From assembly GCA_964655475.1 (NCBI GenBank), contig CAZZMO010000003.1:84453-148452 (forward strand): DNA of 64,000 nt, read 5' to 3'. The DNA is from an uncultured bacterium. GTDB taxonomy: Bacteria > Chlamydiota > Chlamydiia > Chlamydiales > VGMA01. The notes beneath the pieces are model-generated. The model was not told where the DNA came from and did no database searches. It worked only from the letters and a program-made list of their open reading frames with translations. The position numbers and the translations under genes are program-made. Numbering within the stretch: position 1 is the first letter of the stretch; each line of letters starts with the position of its first letter. Below, in pieces: positions 48,928-57,800 of this stretch.

Positions 48928-50829
48928 TTAGAGAGGCATTTGGAGAGCTACAAGGCAGGTGTATGGATCAAGAGTGATGGAACTGTTGATTTTTGGGGCT
49001 ACCTTTTCATCAAAGATGGCTGTTTTAATCGGATTTGTTGTGTAGATGATCATCTTCCAAACGTATTGTTCTTTTGGGGATGGAAGATGGATTTCGAGTG
49101 GGAAATTGTTGGCATTGAATGAGAAGAAGAGCTGCTCAAAGATTTGAAACGAGACGAATCTTTCAGAGCCATCAGGACGGGTTAAAATCGTTTCATTGTA
49201 GATATCGAGATCCGCATGTTTGATGAAAGAGGTTCTTTGGAGGCAGGGGAGCCGTTTTCTCAAGGAAATCAATTTCTGGACAAAGAGGAAGAAAGGCTCT
49301 TGCTTTTTTAACTCGTCCCATCGAAACCAATTCCAAGGTTGATCTTGGCAGTAGGCGTTATTGTTGCCGAAGTGAGTTTGCCCCATTTCATCACCCATAA
49401 AAAACATGGGCGTTCCTTGAGCGAGAAAAAGAGCTGTCATGTAGTTGCAAAACTGCTTTTCTCTTAAACGAAGTACCTGAGGATTGTCCGTTAGCCCTTC
49501 CACTCCGCAGTTCCAGGAGTTATTCCAGTCAGCGCCATCTTGGTTGTGTTCCCCATTCTCTTCGTTATGTTTTCCATTATAGGAAAGGAGGTCCATCATT
49601 GTAAAGCCATCGTGGCAAGTGACAAAGTTGACACTCTGATAGGGGGGCCTTTTCCCTGCGTACATCCCTTTGGATGCGATCATAGCGTCGATGAAGAGTT
49701 CCTTTTTACCACTATCTCCTTTAATGAATTGCCTGACATGATCCCGGTAGCGATCGTTCCATTCAGCGAAGAGATTAGATGGGAATGAGCCTACCTGATA
49801 GAGCCCTCCCGCATCCCATGCCTCTGCGATGAGCTTGACTTTAGAGAGGATTGGATCGAGAGCGATCGCTTCCAAAATGGGTGGACGGGCGAGGAGTTCC
49901 CCTCCACTCGTTCGGCAGAAAATTGAAGCAAGGTCAAATCTAAATCCATCTACTTGCATCTCAGTAGCATAATAGCGAAGAGAGGATAAGATGAGATCCA
50001 TCGATTGAGGATGATTTGTTTTAATGGTATTTCCACAGCCGGTGTAGTTCGTGTGTTCCCCTTCGTGATCTAGGAGGAAATAGCTTGAAGGAGATAGGTA
50101 GAAGAGAGGAGAGGATGGGGAGACGTGGTTATAGACTACATCTAAGATGACCTCGATCCCATTTTTGTGAAGTTCTCTCACGAGGGTTTTAAAAGCTGTT
50201 GTTGGGGAGTGCCCTTTTGCAGCGTATGAGCGTTTTGGCTCAAAAAAACTTAAGGTGTTATAACCCCAATAATTGCGAAGGATTTTTCCCGTTGGAGAAA
50301 AGGCAAAAGGAGTTTCTGTCTCATCAAATGCGTGGATGGGAAGAAATTCAACGGCATTCACTCCTAAATATTTCAAATAGGGGATTTTATCGATAAAAGC
50401 TTCGTAAGTTCCACCCCCTTCGGAGGCAGTGAAGCCTCTAAGGTGCATTTCATAGATGATCAGGGATTCAAAAGGGAGGTGGGGCTTATGGGTTCCTTGC
50501 CAATCAAAAGGCTCTATATGAGATGGATAGGATTTGATAAGTGGAGTACGTTCCCCCCAGATGGGAGAGCTTGTAAGTTCTTTTGCGTATGGATCAAAAA
50601 CCTCATGAGAATCAATGCGATAGGTATAGGTAAAATCTTTAGGGAGGTGAGAAATAGCCACATGGTGGAAGTGGTCAGATTCGCGCATGGGAATTTCCAA
50701 AACTCGAGTCTCTTGAGAATAAACGACTAAAGTAATGGGCAGGTTGCGGTCGGAGAAAACGGAAAAATTGTGCCGATTTTCATCCCATGTATGGCCTAAT
50801 GGGTGGCTTTTTCCGGGGAAAGTTTGCAT
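48928..50829 (-). CDS. glgX: Glycogen debranching enzyme GlgX (GH13 isoamylase-type)
   Basis: 633 aa with GH13 regions DVVYNHV, GFRFDLA, EAWD and FVTCHD. Confidence 0.93.
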   Translation of the reverse strand: MQTFPGKSHPLGHTWDENRHNFSVFSDRNLPITLVVYSQETRVLEIPMRESDHFHHVAISHLPKDFTYTYRIDSHEVFDPYAKELTSSPIWGERTPLIKSYPSHIEPFDWQGTHKPHLPFESLIIYEMHLRGFTASEGGGTYEAFIDKIPYLKYLGVNAVEFLPIHAFDETETPFAFSPTGKILRNYWGYNTLSFFEPKRSYAAKGHSPTTAFKTLVRELHKNGIEVILDVVYNHVSPSSPLFYLSPSSYFLLDHEGEHTNYTGCGNTIKTNHPQSMDLILSSLRYYATEMQVDGFRFDLASIFCRTSGGELLARPPILEAIALDPILSKVKLIAEAWDAGGLYQVGSFPSNLFAEWNDRYRDHVRQFIKGDSGKKELFIDAMIASKGMYAGKRPPYQSVNFVTCHDGFTMMDLLSYNGKHNEENGEHNQDGADWNNSWNCGVEGLTDNPQVLRLREKQFCNYMTALFLAQGTPMFFMGDEMGQTHFGNNNAYCQDQPWNWFRWDELKKQEPFFLFVQKLISLRKRLPCLQRTSFIKHADLDIYNETILTRPDGSERFVSFQIFEQLFFSFNANNFPLEIHLPSPKEQYVWKMIIYTTNPIKTAIFDEKVAPKINSSITLDPYTCLVALQMPL

Positions 50830-51054
50830 AAAGGTCTTTTATTCTCCTTATTATTTGGTATACGGGGAAAGAAAATTAGTTGAAATAATTTTCTCGAACT
50901 GCATCAGTAATGTTAAGAAAAAGCGTGTAAAATGTGGAAAGGTATTAAAAAATTGCAAAGGAAAGAAACGTATCCCAAACTCTTTCATTGATTTTCAAAA
51001 TCGCTTTCTGTTATTTTTTTGGGAAAAATCTTTAATCCTAAGGAGGACTGTTCG

Positions 51055-51564
51055 ATGTCTCTTGAAAACGCCAAGGAAAATTTAAGAGAGTTTGGTAAGG
51101 AGTTGAATCTCGAAGGCTTGGCTTTCGACGATAACCATACGTGTATTTTGGGTATTGATAACACATTCTCTTTGCACCTGACTTATGAGCCTAATTCCGA
51201 CAGACTTTACCTCTATTCCCCTATTCTTGATGGACTTCCAGCTGATACCAAAGTTCGTTTGGAGCTTTACGAAGCTTTACTCGAAGGTTCTATGCTTGGC
51301 GGACAGATGGCGGGAGGCGGTATTGGTGTCGCAACTAAAGAAGAATTGATTTTGATGCATTGCGTACTAGAAATGGCATCTGCTGATGCATCTGCGCTTC
51401 GTCGTTTTGCTCCTCTCTTTGTAGAGGCTGTTGAAAAATGGAGAGAAGTAGCTCAGAAGATCGTAGAAAGACGTTTTGATAAAGAACGTGATCAGCCAAA
51501 ACTTCCACGCCCAGCACAAAAAGGTGCTGAGAAGCCAAGAGATGGCGGCTACATCAAGATTTAG
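51055..51564 (+). CDS. slc1: Type III secretion chaperone, Slc1 (CT043)-like, CesT/SycE class
   Basis: Start trimmed to 51055 (AAGGAGGA RBS). FSLHLTYEPNSDRLYLYSPILDGLP...LYEALLEGSMLGGQMAGGGIGVATKEELILMHCVLEM closely matches my memory of Chlamydia Slc1. As in Chlamydia, it lies next to glgX. Confidence 0.8.
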   Translation: MSLENAKENLREFGKELNLEGLAFDDNHTCILGIDNTFSLHLTYEPNSDRLYLYSPILDGLPADTKVRLELYEALLEGSMLGGQMAGGGIGVATKEELILMHCVLEMASADASALRRFAPLFVEAVEKWREVAQKIVERRFDKERDQPKLPRPAQKGAEKPRDGGYIKI

Positions 51565-51590
51565 TCGTTGATTCTTAGGATCAATTATCT

Positions 51591-51630
51591 AAACCGGGGA
51601 GAAGCTTTAATAGGACTGACCCGGTTTTTT
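51591..51630. terminator. Candidate shared terminator between slc1 and dnaA
   Basis: AAACCGGG (51591-98) / 21-nt loop / CCCGGTTT (51620-27) followed by TTT. The large loop makes this weak. Confidence 0.3.
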
Positions 51631-51634
51631 CTTT

Positions 51635-52987
51635 TTAGGAGACTTCTGAAACGAGCTTTCTCTGGATCTCATTGAAGTAGTAGAGAAGATCTTTGTCTTG
51701 GGATTCGATCCCTTTATCAATCTGTTTGATACTAGACATCACAGTAGAGTGGTCTCTCGAGAAAATAGTACCAATTTTGATGAAAGGCATTTTGAGCTCT
51801 TTTCTCAGGAGATACATCGCAATTTGTCTTGGCAAGACGATTTCCCTACTTTGGGATTTGCTCAAGATGTCTTCCACTTTAATCCCAAAAATATCAGCGA
51901 CAAATTCGAGGATCTTTTCAGGGGTGAGTGAGCTCTCTAAGTCCCGATCGATCAATTCCTGGATGGTGGGCATGAGGTTTTCGAGGGGGATCATTTGCCC
52001 TTTTGTGAGGTTGAACTTTCCTGCTAATTTATCGATCGCTTCGACGAGGCTGGCAGGGGAGATAAACGAGGCAAGAAGGCAATCGATCACTTCTTTCTTG
52101 AGGTAAAAGCCATGGAATTGAAGACGATTCTTCACGATCTGTAGGAGGTCTTGAGGGTCTGCAATCTTCTCCAAGGGGAGAGTGATCCCCCATTCAAAAC
52201 GGCTAATCAATCTCTCTTCGATCCCCTCTAGTTGACGCGGATTTACATTAGAGGAGAGGATGATCGGTTTCCCCGCTGTATGAAGGGTGTTAAAAGTGTG
52301 AAAGAGCTCCTCTTGGGTAGCATTTTTTCGAGAAAAGTTCTGAACATCGTCAATGACCAGCACATCGACATGGCGGTAAGCAGAACGGAACTTCTGCATT
52401 TGTCCTGCACGGATCGCTCTCACAACATGTTCAGTAAACGTATCGGCATGGACATAGAAGACAGAAAAACCTCTTAACTGCATTGTAATTACTGCAGCAT
52501 TGAGAAGGTGAGTCTTCCCTGAGGAAGCAGGTCCGTAGAGATATATGGGATTATAGGTCTCTTTAGGGGGTTCTTCACACTCTCCTCGTTCAGGATTGAA
52601 ACCTGTTAACTTGCAAAGGACATGGAAGGGGATCCGGTTTTTTGGTCCTGGAACAAACTGTTCATAAGTTTGTATGGGCTTCAGAGTATCAGAGGAAAAA
52701 ATGGAGTAGCTTTCACTAACAAGAGGCTCTATGGTGGTATCGAGTAGCGCTTCCCCACGGACTCTCAAATGAATTTTGATCTCATGGCCATTATTGTTTC
52801 TAAAGCCTTTTTTTGCTTTAGGGATGATGTGCTCTTCGGCCCAACTTGCATGAAAGGCGTCTCTAGCTTCGAGATAGAGGTTGCAGGCATCAAACCTTAA
52901 TACGTTTAATGTACGAATCCATTCGTCAGCAACCTTCTTTCCAAAGCTCTTCTCTAGAGAAAGAATGTAATCTTCCCATGCCTGCAT
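51635..52987 (-). CDS. dnaA: Chromosomal replication initiator protein DnaA
   Basis: 450 aa with Walker A GPASSGKTHL, Walker B VLVIDDVQ, and the C-terminal DNA-binding region LPRQIAMYLLRKELKMPFIKIGTIFSRDHSTVMSSI. Confidence 0.95.
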   Translation of the reverse strand: MQAWEDYILSLEKSFGKKVADEWIRTLNVLRFDACNLYLEARDAFHASWAEEHIIPKAKKGFRNNNGHEIKIHLRVRGEALLDTTIEPLVSESYSIFSSDTLKPIQTYEQFVPGPKNRIPFHVLCKLTGFNPERGECEEPPKETYNPIYLYGPASSGKTHLLNAAVITMQLRGFSVFYVHADTFTEHVVRAIRAGQMQKFRSAYRHVDVLVIDDVQNFSRKNATQEELFHTFNTLHTAGKPIILSSNVNPRQLEGIEERLISRFEWGITLPLEKIADPQDLLQIVKNRLQFHGFYLKKEVIDCLLASFISPASLVEAIDKLAGKFNLTKGQMIPLENLMPTIQELIDRDLESSLTPEKILEFVADIFGIKVEDILSKSQSREIVLPRQIAMYLLRKELKMPFIKIGTIFSRDHSTVMSSIKQIDKGIESQDKDLLYYFNEIQRKLVSEVS

Positions 52988-53003
52988 TAGAGATCTTTTC
53001 TGA

Positions 53004-53083
53004 ATTAATATTTAATCGAGTTTTTGAATTGTTTAATCGATTTTTGCTTCGACTTCAAGGGGAATCCCTATCTATCGAAGCAA
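53004..53083 (-). promoter_or_regulatory. Repeat/palindrome cluster in the dnaA upstream region
   Basis: AT palindrome ATTAATATTTAAT (53004-16). Direct repeats TTTAATCGAGTTTTTG (53011-26) and TTTAATCGATTTTTG (53032-46) sit 21 bp apart. A perfect 9-bp inverted repeat is TTGCTTCGA (53044-52) / TCGAAGCAA (53075-83). Function unknown. Confidence 0.3.
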
Positions 53084-53138
53084 ATACCTCTGCAAGGAAC
53101 TGAAATATTGACCTAAGACCTAATTCAGAAAAAGTCTG

Positions 53139-55031
53139 TTAGCGCAATTTTTCAGTCGATTGGTTTTTCCATCGGTACGTCATGTACCACTGCTGTAAAA
53201 TACCGAAAATGGTAGAAAAAAGCCAATAAATGTTTAATCCTGAAGGGAAATGGTAGAACATCACGGTAAAGACAATGGTCATCACGTTCCCCATGCTCTG
53301 CTGCTGTCTCTGCTGTTCTGTCAGTGGCCCTTTGTTCCCTTGTGATATCTGGTTGAACTTTTGCTGTAAGAACATCGAAAGTCCAAGAAGGAAGGGAAGT
53401 AGGTGGAAGTTCGTTCCAAAGAAAATGATCGGGTAGTTCCAAGAAAAGAGCACATCAGGAGCAGACAGGTTATTGATCCAGCCTGGAATAAAGCTCGCAC
53501 CTCGAAGTGGGAAGGCTGACTTTAATAGGTCAAACATACCAATCAAGAAAGGCATCTGGATCAAGAGAGGGAAGCATCCAGAGAATGGATTTACTTTTTC
53601 CTCTTTATAAAGCTGCATGATCTCCAATTGAGCCCGTTTTGGGTCTTTCTTATGGCGATTTTGGATCGCTGTCACTTTTGGAGAGATGGTCTGCATGCGA
53701 TACATCGACTTCAAAGACCAAGCGTTTAGAGGATAGAGCATCACTCTCAAAGCTAAAGTCAATAGGATGATCGCCACACCCCATGAATGGGTGATCTTAT
53801 AGAAAAACTGGATCAGAATGAATAAGAACTTCGCAAATGGCTCAGAGATGAATGAGAACCAGCCATGGTAAGTAATAGCTGAAGAGTATTGCGGGTTGCC
53901 ACCACTTGCCGGGCTTGTGAAAGCGCTATCTACTTGTTTCAATAGTGCATCATCATAAGGGCCAGCATAGAGGCGGAAGTTCACCGTCTGAGAGGTTCTT
54001 TTATAAGGGACCAAAATCTCATACCCAGGATAGTTTTTCGCTGGATAGAGATCATATTTTGCATCGACTAATGTCAATCTTGTAGGGATTTCTGCACCAG
54101 CGATTTGTGTCGCTTGGAATCCTGCTGCTTTTTCAGAAATTGGATCGATGATCGTTCCAAAAAAGCCGTTAGAATTCGAAATCCAAAGAGGTGCAGTCGA
54201 TCCATAAGTTACAGAATCTTTAGGTAAGCTGAGCTTTTCTACTTTAGTCTTCTGACCTTGGAGGAAAAAGTACTGTAGGAGAGGAGAGTAGCTACCAGAG
54301 ATCAGTTCCACTTCAGGCACACCAGAGGTAAGCCAAAGGTTGGAAGCATCCCCTTCGATTCGAACAGTCAAATTGATCGCATATGGGGCATCTTCTTGTG
54401 GGAAGGAGAAGGTCTTAGTAATCTTGCGGTGAGCTGAAACGGATTCAAATTCGATCGAAGTTTTTGTCATGCTCTTCAGGCGGAAGTAGGTGTCACTTTC
54501 TTGGTAGGCGCCAGATACGAGATTCAGTGCATACATGTGAGCTGGGAGGGTGAAAATCGTTTTCCCTGCCTGATCTTTCAAATTTCTTCGAAGTAGGGGA
54601 GTATATCCACCTAATGTTGGCTCTTTCTTGACCATTTTGCCCGCTTCATCTACTCCAAAATAGGGGTAGTTTGGAAAATGGGCATTTTGAGGAGAGTCTT
54701 CTAGGATGGAGCGGTCAAAGCCAATCGCTTTCACGATGCTTTTCGGATGCTCATCAGATTGTAGTGAGAGGTTAATTTCAGCAAGAGCTCCCCCTTTTGT
54801 AGAGAAAACAAGCTGCTGATAATCATTTTCAAGTACGTAAAAGGTCTCTTCAGATTTAGTCTCTTTAGAAGAGGGGGCGATCTCCACAGTAGGGGTCGCT
54901 ACGATCACTTCTTCAACAATCTGAGCCTCTACCACCTGAGGAGGCACTGGGCGTGAAGGGAAGAGGAAGTGATGTACTAGGAATAATGAAATGGTGACAG
55001 TAAAGAGAAAAGCTAGGGATCTTCTATCCAT
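53139..55031 (-). CDS. yidC: Membrane protein insertase YidC
   Basis: Start trimmed to MDRRSLAFLFTVTISLFLV (55031). It has a large periplasmic domain and a C-terminal 5-TM core (GVAIILLTLALRVMLYPL; GCFPLLIQMPFLIGMF). Confidence 0.93.
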   Translation of the reverse strand: MDRRSLAFLFTVTISLFLVHHFLFPSRPVPPQVVEAQIVEEVIVATPTVEIAPSSKETKSEETFYVLENDYQQLVFSTKGGALAEINLSLQSDEHPKSIVKAIGFDRSILEDSPQNAHFPNYPYFGVDEAGKMVKKEPTLGGYTPLLRRNLKDQAGKTIFTLPAHMYALNLVSGAYQESDTYFRLKSMTKTSIEFESVSAHRKITKTFSFPQEDAPYAINLTVRIEGDASNLWLTSGVPEVELISGSYSPLLQYFFLQGQKTKVEKLSLPKDSVTYGSTAPLWISNSNGFFGTIIDPISEKAAGFQATQIAGAEIPTRLTLVDAKYDLYPAKNYPGYEILVPYKRTSQTVNFRLYAGPYDDALLKQVDSAFTSPASGGNPQYSSAITYHGWFSFISEPFAKFLFILIQFFYKITHSWGVAIILLTLALRVMLYPLNAWSLKSMYRMQTISPKVTAIQNRHKKDPKRAQLEIMQLYKEEKVNPFSGCFPLLIQMPFLIGMFDLLKSAFPLRGASFIPGWINNLSAPDVLFSWNYPIIFFGTNFHLLPFLLGLSMFLQQKFNQISQGNKGPLTEQQRQQQSMGNVMTIVFTVMFYHFPSGLNIYWLFSTIFGILQQWYMTYRWKNQSTEKLR

Positions 55032-55175
55032 ATAGACCTTTTGTAGTTCGAATATTCTCAAAAACTCTCATGATCTACCTTTTCAACTAGCAGCAATAGG
55101 CCCTAGCTCAAAAACCAAACTCTGAGATTACACTTGAGTGTATATGGTACAAAAAACCCCTATCTGTAGTAAAGG

Positions 55176-57320
55176 CTATTTTTCGGAAGTTTCTTCTGGC
55201 CGCTCAAACTGATTAATGAAGTGGCGGAACGACTCTGTCGTTCGGAGCCCTTCTAGCCAAAGATCTTCCAAGATATCGTCTAGAGGAGGCATCCCTTCAT
55301 ACTCATCCGCCTTCTTGAGAAAGAAGAAGGATTTATCAAATTGATTTTGCATAGAAAAGAGACAGGCTAAGTGGTAATAAGCGTGGGCATTACCAAGTCG
55401 AGCCGACTGCATGAGCTTAAATTCTGCCTCTTCAAAGAGGGGCATTTTCTCTTCATCATCATACTTAAGCTCTGATAAATTCATGAGAGTGAGGCCCCAT
55501 TCGAGCATTACAGCATCATTTTCTTCATCGTGCTGATATGAGAGCTTGAAGTGTTGGATCGCCCTTAAGAAAGGCTCTTCCATCTGGATCATTTCCCCAA
55601 GATGGGTATAAATCGCTCCAATCCGGAAGTGGATGTCTGGGTAGTCTGGATCTAGAAGGAGGACTCTTGCAAGGATTTCAATCGCTTTTTCGTAGTAGGT
55701 TTCTTCCTCTAGGAGGTCTCCCATTGCATCGAGTGTCATAGCATAGTGGAAGAGCCAGCTCGGGTTGAGGAAGGAAACATTTTTCTCTAGAGCAAAAGCC
55801 TGTTCGAAATGGAGGATTGCTAGTTCCAAATTTTGTTCATCTTGACGATGGATCGCCATCTTTGCAACAGCTACTGCATATTCGAAATAGTAGGTGCTGG
55901 AGGCATGAAGATGGATCGCCTTGGCAAAGAAGCGGGCAGCCCTTTCGTAGATTTGAATATCCCCTTCGAGTTCTGCAGCGATGCTGTAAGTGTGTCCTAG
56001 ATGGTACCAAAGTTCATGATGGACGCGGTTGATAGAGAGCCCTTCTTGGAATTTTTCAATCGCCTGGTAGTAATAGTCGAGGTCGTTGTAGTATTCCCCA
56101 AGTGCAAACAGGGATAGACCGAGCCCCTTACAAAGGTCTGGAGATGGGCCATATTTATCAATAGCAGCAAGCGCTCGGTTATGGGCATCATAGATGAAAT
56201 CGAGTCGATCCATCAATGTGCCAAGAGAGGAGAGCCCTTCTGTCAAGGTGACAATGGCTGCTTCATATTTTTTATGGATAGAAAGAGCTCGCTGGCACTT
56301 TTCAACAGAGGCATGAAGCCTTTTTCCATCTTTGAGACGCTCCCCAGACTTCTTGAACAAGAGTGCCCAAGAATGCCATAGAGTAGCATCTTGTGGGTTC
56401 AGTTTTGCACTGCTTGCAAAGCATTCATTCGCTTGGCAGAAGTGATCTTCATCATGGGTAATTTCATAGAGGTAGCTCAAAGCCTTTGCAAGATCGGTCC
56501 AAATCGATTCAGAAGAAGGATTTTGGCGTAGAGCCTCCTTGTAGAGGGAAATTGCCTGGAGTAGGAATCGGTTATCTCCGAGCTGAAGCGCCAAGAGATA
56601 GGTCGTATGAGCATACTCGTGCCAGAAGTCGGGAGAGAGGGACTCCTCTTTTTTACTCGCCATCTTGAAGCTTGATAAAGCTTCTTGTAAATCAGAGACT
56701 TCACCACTATAGGTAGCCATTTTTTTAAAAAGCTCGGCAGCATCTTGATGAATTTTCCCAAAAATTTCGTCACTTTCTGAAACTAACGACATTGCTTTCT
56801 GAAATTTTTCTTTTGCAGCGCGAAGGAAATGATGTTCTTCAAAGACTTCTCCTAAAAAGGAGAGGGTGTTGCCCCACGCATGCCATACAGAAGCAGATTC
56901 TGGCTGGAGCTTAGCGGCCAACTTAAATTTTTTATTGGCGAGAAGGAGGTACTTCTTCTTCTTTTGCTCAGAGCCATATTCAAACAAACAGACCCCTTGC
57001 TCGTAGTAGAGCTTTGGGTTGTCTTTATCAAGATCAGTTGCGAGATCGAAATACTCGAGCCCTTTGATGTCTCCTTTTAGAAGAGATCGGGCTCCCTCTT
57101 TTTGAAGGAATTCAGAGTGATTAAAATTTCCACTATCAAACAGAAGAGGATCAAACGAGAAGTCAATCGACTCGATATTTTTCTCTAAGCTTAAACTTTT
57201 TTTTGCTCTCATAATGGAGGTTTTTTTTTGTTTGAAAGTACCAGAGTATAGAAGAGATTCGGGTTTTTCGACAATGGAATCAAGTATTGAAAAATCACCC
57301 TTTTTTCTCTCCTTTTTCAA
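55176..57320 (-). CDS. TPR/SLR-like helical repeat protein
   Basis: 714 aa. About a dozen tandem ~41-aa units each open with an aromatic signature (VWHAWGNTLSFLG, FWHEYAHTTYLLA, IWTDLAKALSYLY, LWHSWALLFKKSG, LWYHLGHTYSIAA, ...). Confidence 0.75.
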   Translation of the reverse strand: MKKERKKGDFSILDSIVEKPESLLYSGTFKQKKTSIMRAKKSLSLEKNIESIDFSFDPLLFDSGNFNHSEFLQKEGARSLLKGDIKGLEYFDLATDLDKDNPKLYYEQGVCLFEYGSEQKKKKYLLLANKKFKLAAKLQPESASVWHAWGNTLSFLGEVFEEHHFLRAAKEKFQKAMSLVSESDEIFGKIHQDAAELFKKMATYSGEVSDLQEALSSFKMASKKEESLSPDFWHEYAHTTYLLALQLGDNRFLLQAISLYKEALRQNPSSESIWTDLAKALSYLYEITHDEDHFCQANECFASSAKLNPQDATLWHSWALLFKKSGERLKDGKRLHASVEKCQRALSIHKKYEAAIVTLTEGLSSLGTLMDRLDFIYDAHNRALAAIDKYGPSPDLCKGLGLSLFALGEYYNDLDYYYQAIEKFQEGLSINRVHHELWYHLGHTYSIAAELEGDIQIYERAARFFAKAIHLHASSTYYFEYAVAVAKMAIHRQDEQNLELAILHFEQAFALEKNVSFLNPSWLFHYAMTLDAMGDLLEEETYYEKAIEILARVLLLDPDYPDIHFRIGAIYTHLGEMIQMEEPFLRAIQHFKLSYQHDEENDAVMLEWGLTLMNLSELKYDDEEKMPLFEEAEFKLMQSARLGNAHAYYHLACLFSMQNQFDKSFFFLKKADEYEGMPPLDDILEDLWLEGLRTTESFRHFINQFERPEETSEK

Positions 57321-57407
57321 AAAAAGAATCGAAAAATGGGGAAAAGAAGACTTTACAAAAGATCGGTTTTACATAAAATTTATCAAAAAAAATCCTAAGT
57401 GGTTGAG

Positions 57408-57800
57408 ATGAATTTTATCGAAAAAACAATCCGACTTCAACATACTGATGCAACTGGTTTTCTCTTTTTTGCTGCGCAGCAAACAATTGTATTAGAAGCT
57501 CTTGAAGAGAAAGTACCGATGAGGGAATGGATTTTGGAAAAACCCTACGCGCTTCCAGTTGTTGAAGTCTATAGCCTCTACAAAAAAGGATTAACAATAG
57601 GAGATCGCATTACGATTTCCCTCTCTCTCGTTGAAATCAAAGAAAAAAGCTTTACCTGGAAAGGGACTCTATTCGATGAAAAGAAGGAAGTGGCTGGCGA
57701 AGTGAGATTTACACACGTCTCTATCGATCGTCAAACGAGACTTCCCATCCCCTTACCAGAAGATGTGAGGGAAAAGATAAACTCTTTAGGGATCTTATAA
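57408..57800 (+). CDS. Hotdog-fold acyl-CoA thioesterase (candidate DHNA-CoA thioesterase)
   Basis: ~130 aa. IRLQHTDATGFLFFAAQ resembles the 4HBT-type catalytic N-terminus (D in ..TD..G.v). The GTG at 57399 is an alternative start. Assigning it to the men pathway is a context inference. Confidence 0.65.
   Translation: MNFIEKTIRLQHTDATGFLFFAAQQTIVLEALEEKVPMREWILEKPYALPVVEVYSLYKKGLTIGDRITISLSLVEIKEKSFTWKGTLFDEKKEVAGEVRFTHVSIDRQTRLPIPLPEDVREKINSLGIL

Noticed and set aside
50735-51085. 116-aa plus-strand ORF upstream of slc1
   Set aside because: It overlaps the glgX start on the opposite strand and runs into the slc1 RBS. It has a basic low-complexity composition and no RBS.
51565-53138. Possibility that oriC flanks dnaA in this window
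   Set aside because: I could not find clustered DnaA boxes on either side of dnaA. There is no switch in gene orientation around it (yidC, dnaA and downstream genes are all on minus). GC skew cannot be judged from one window. Only the repeat cluster is reported, as a regulatory candidate.
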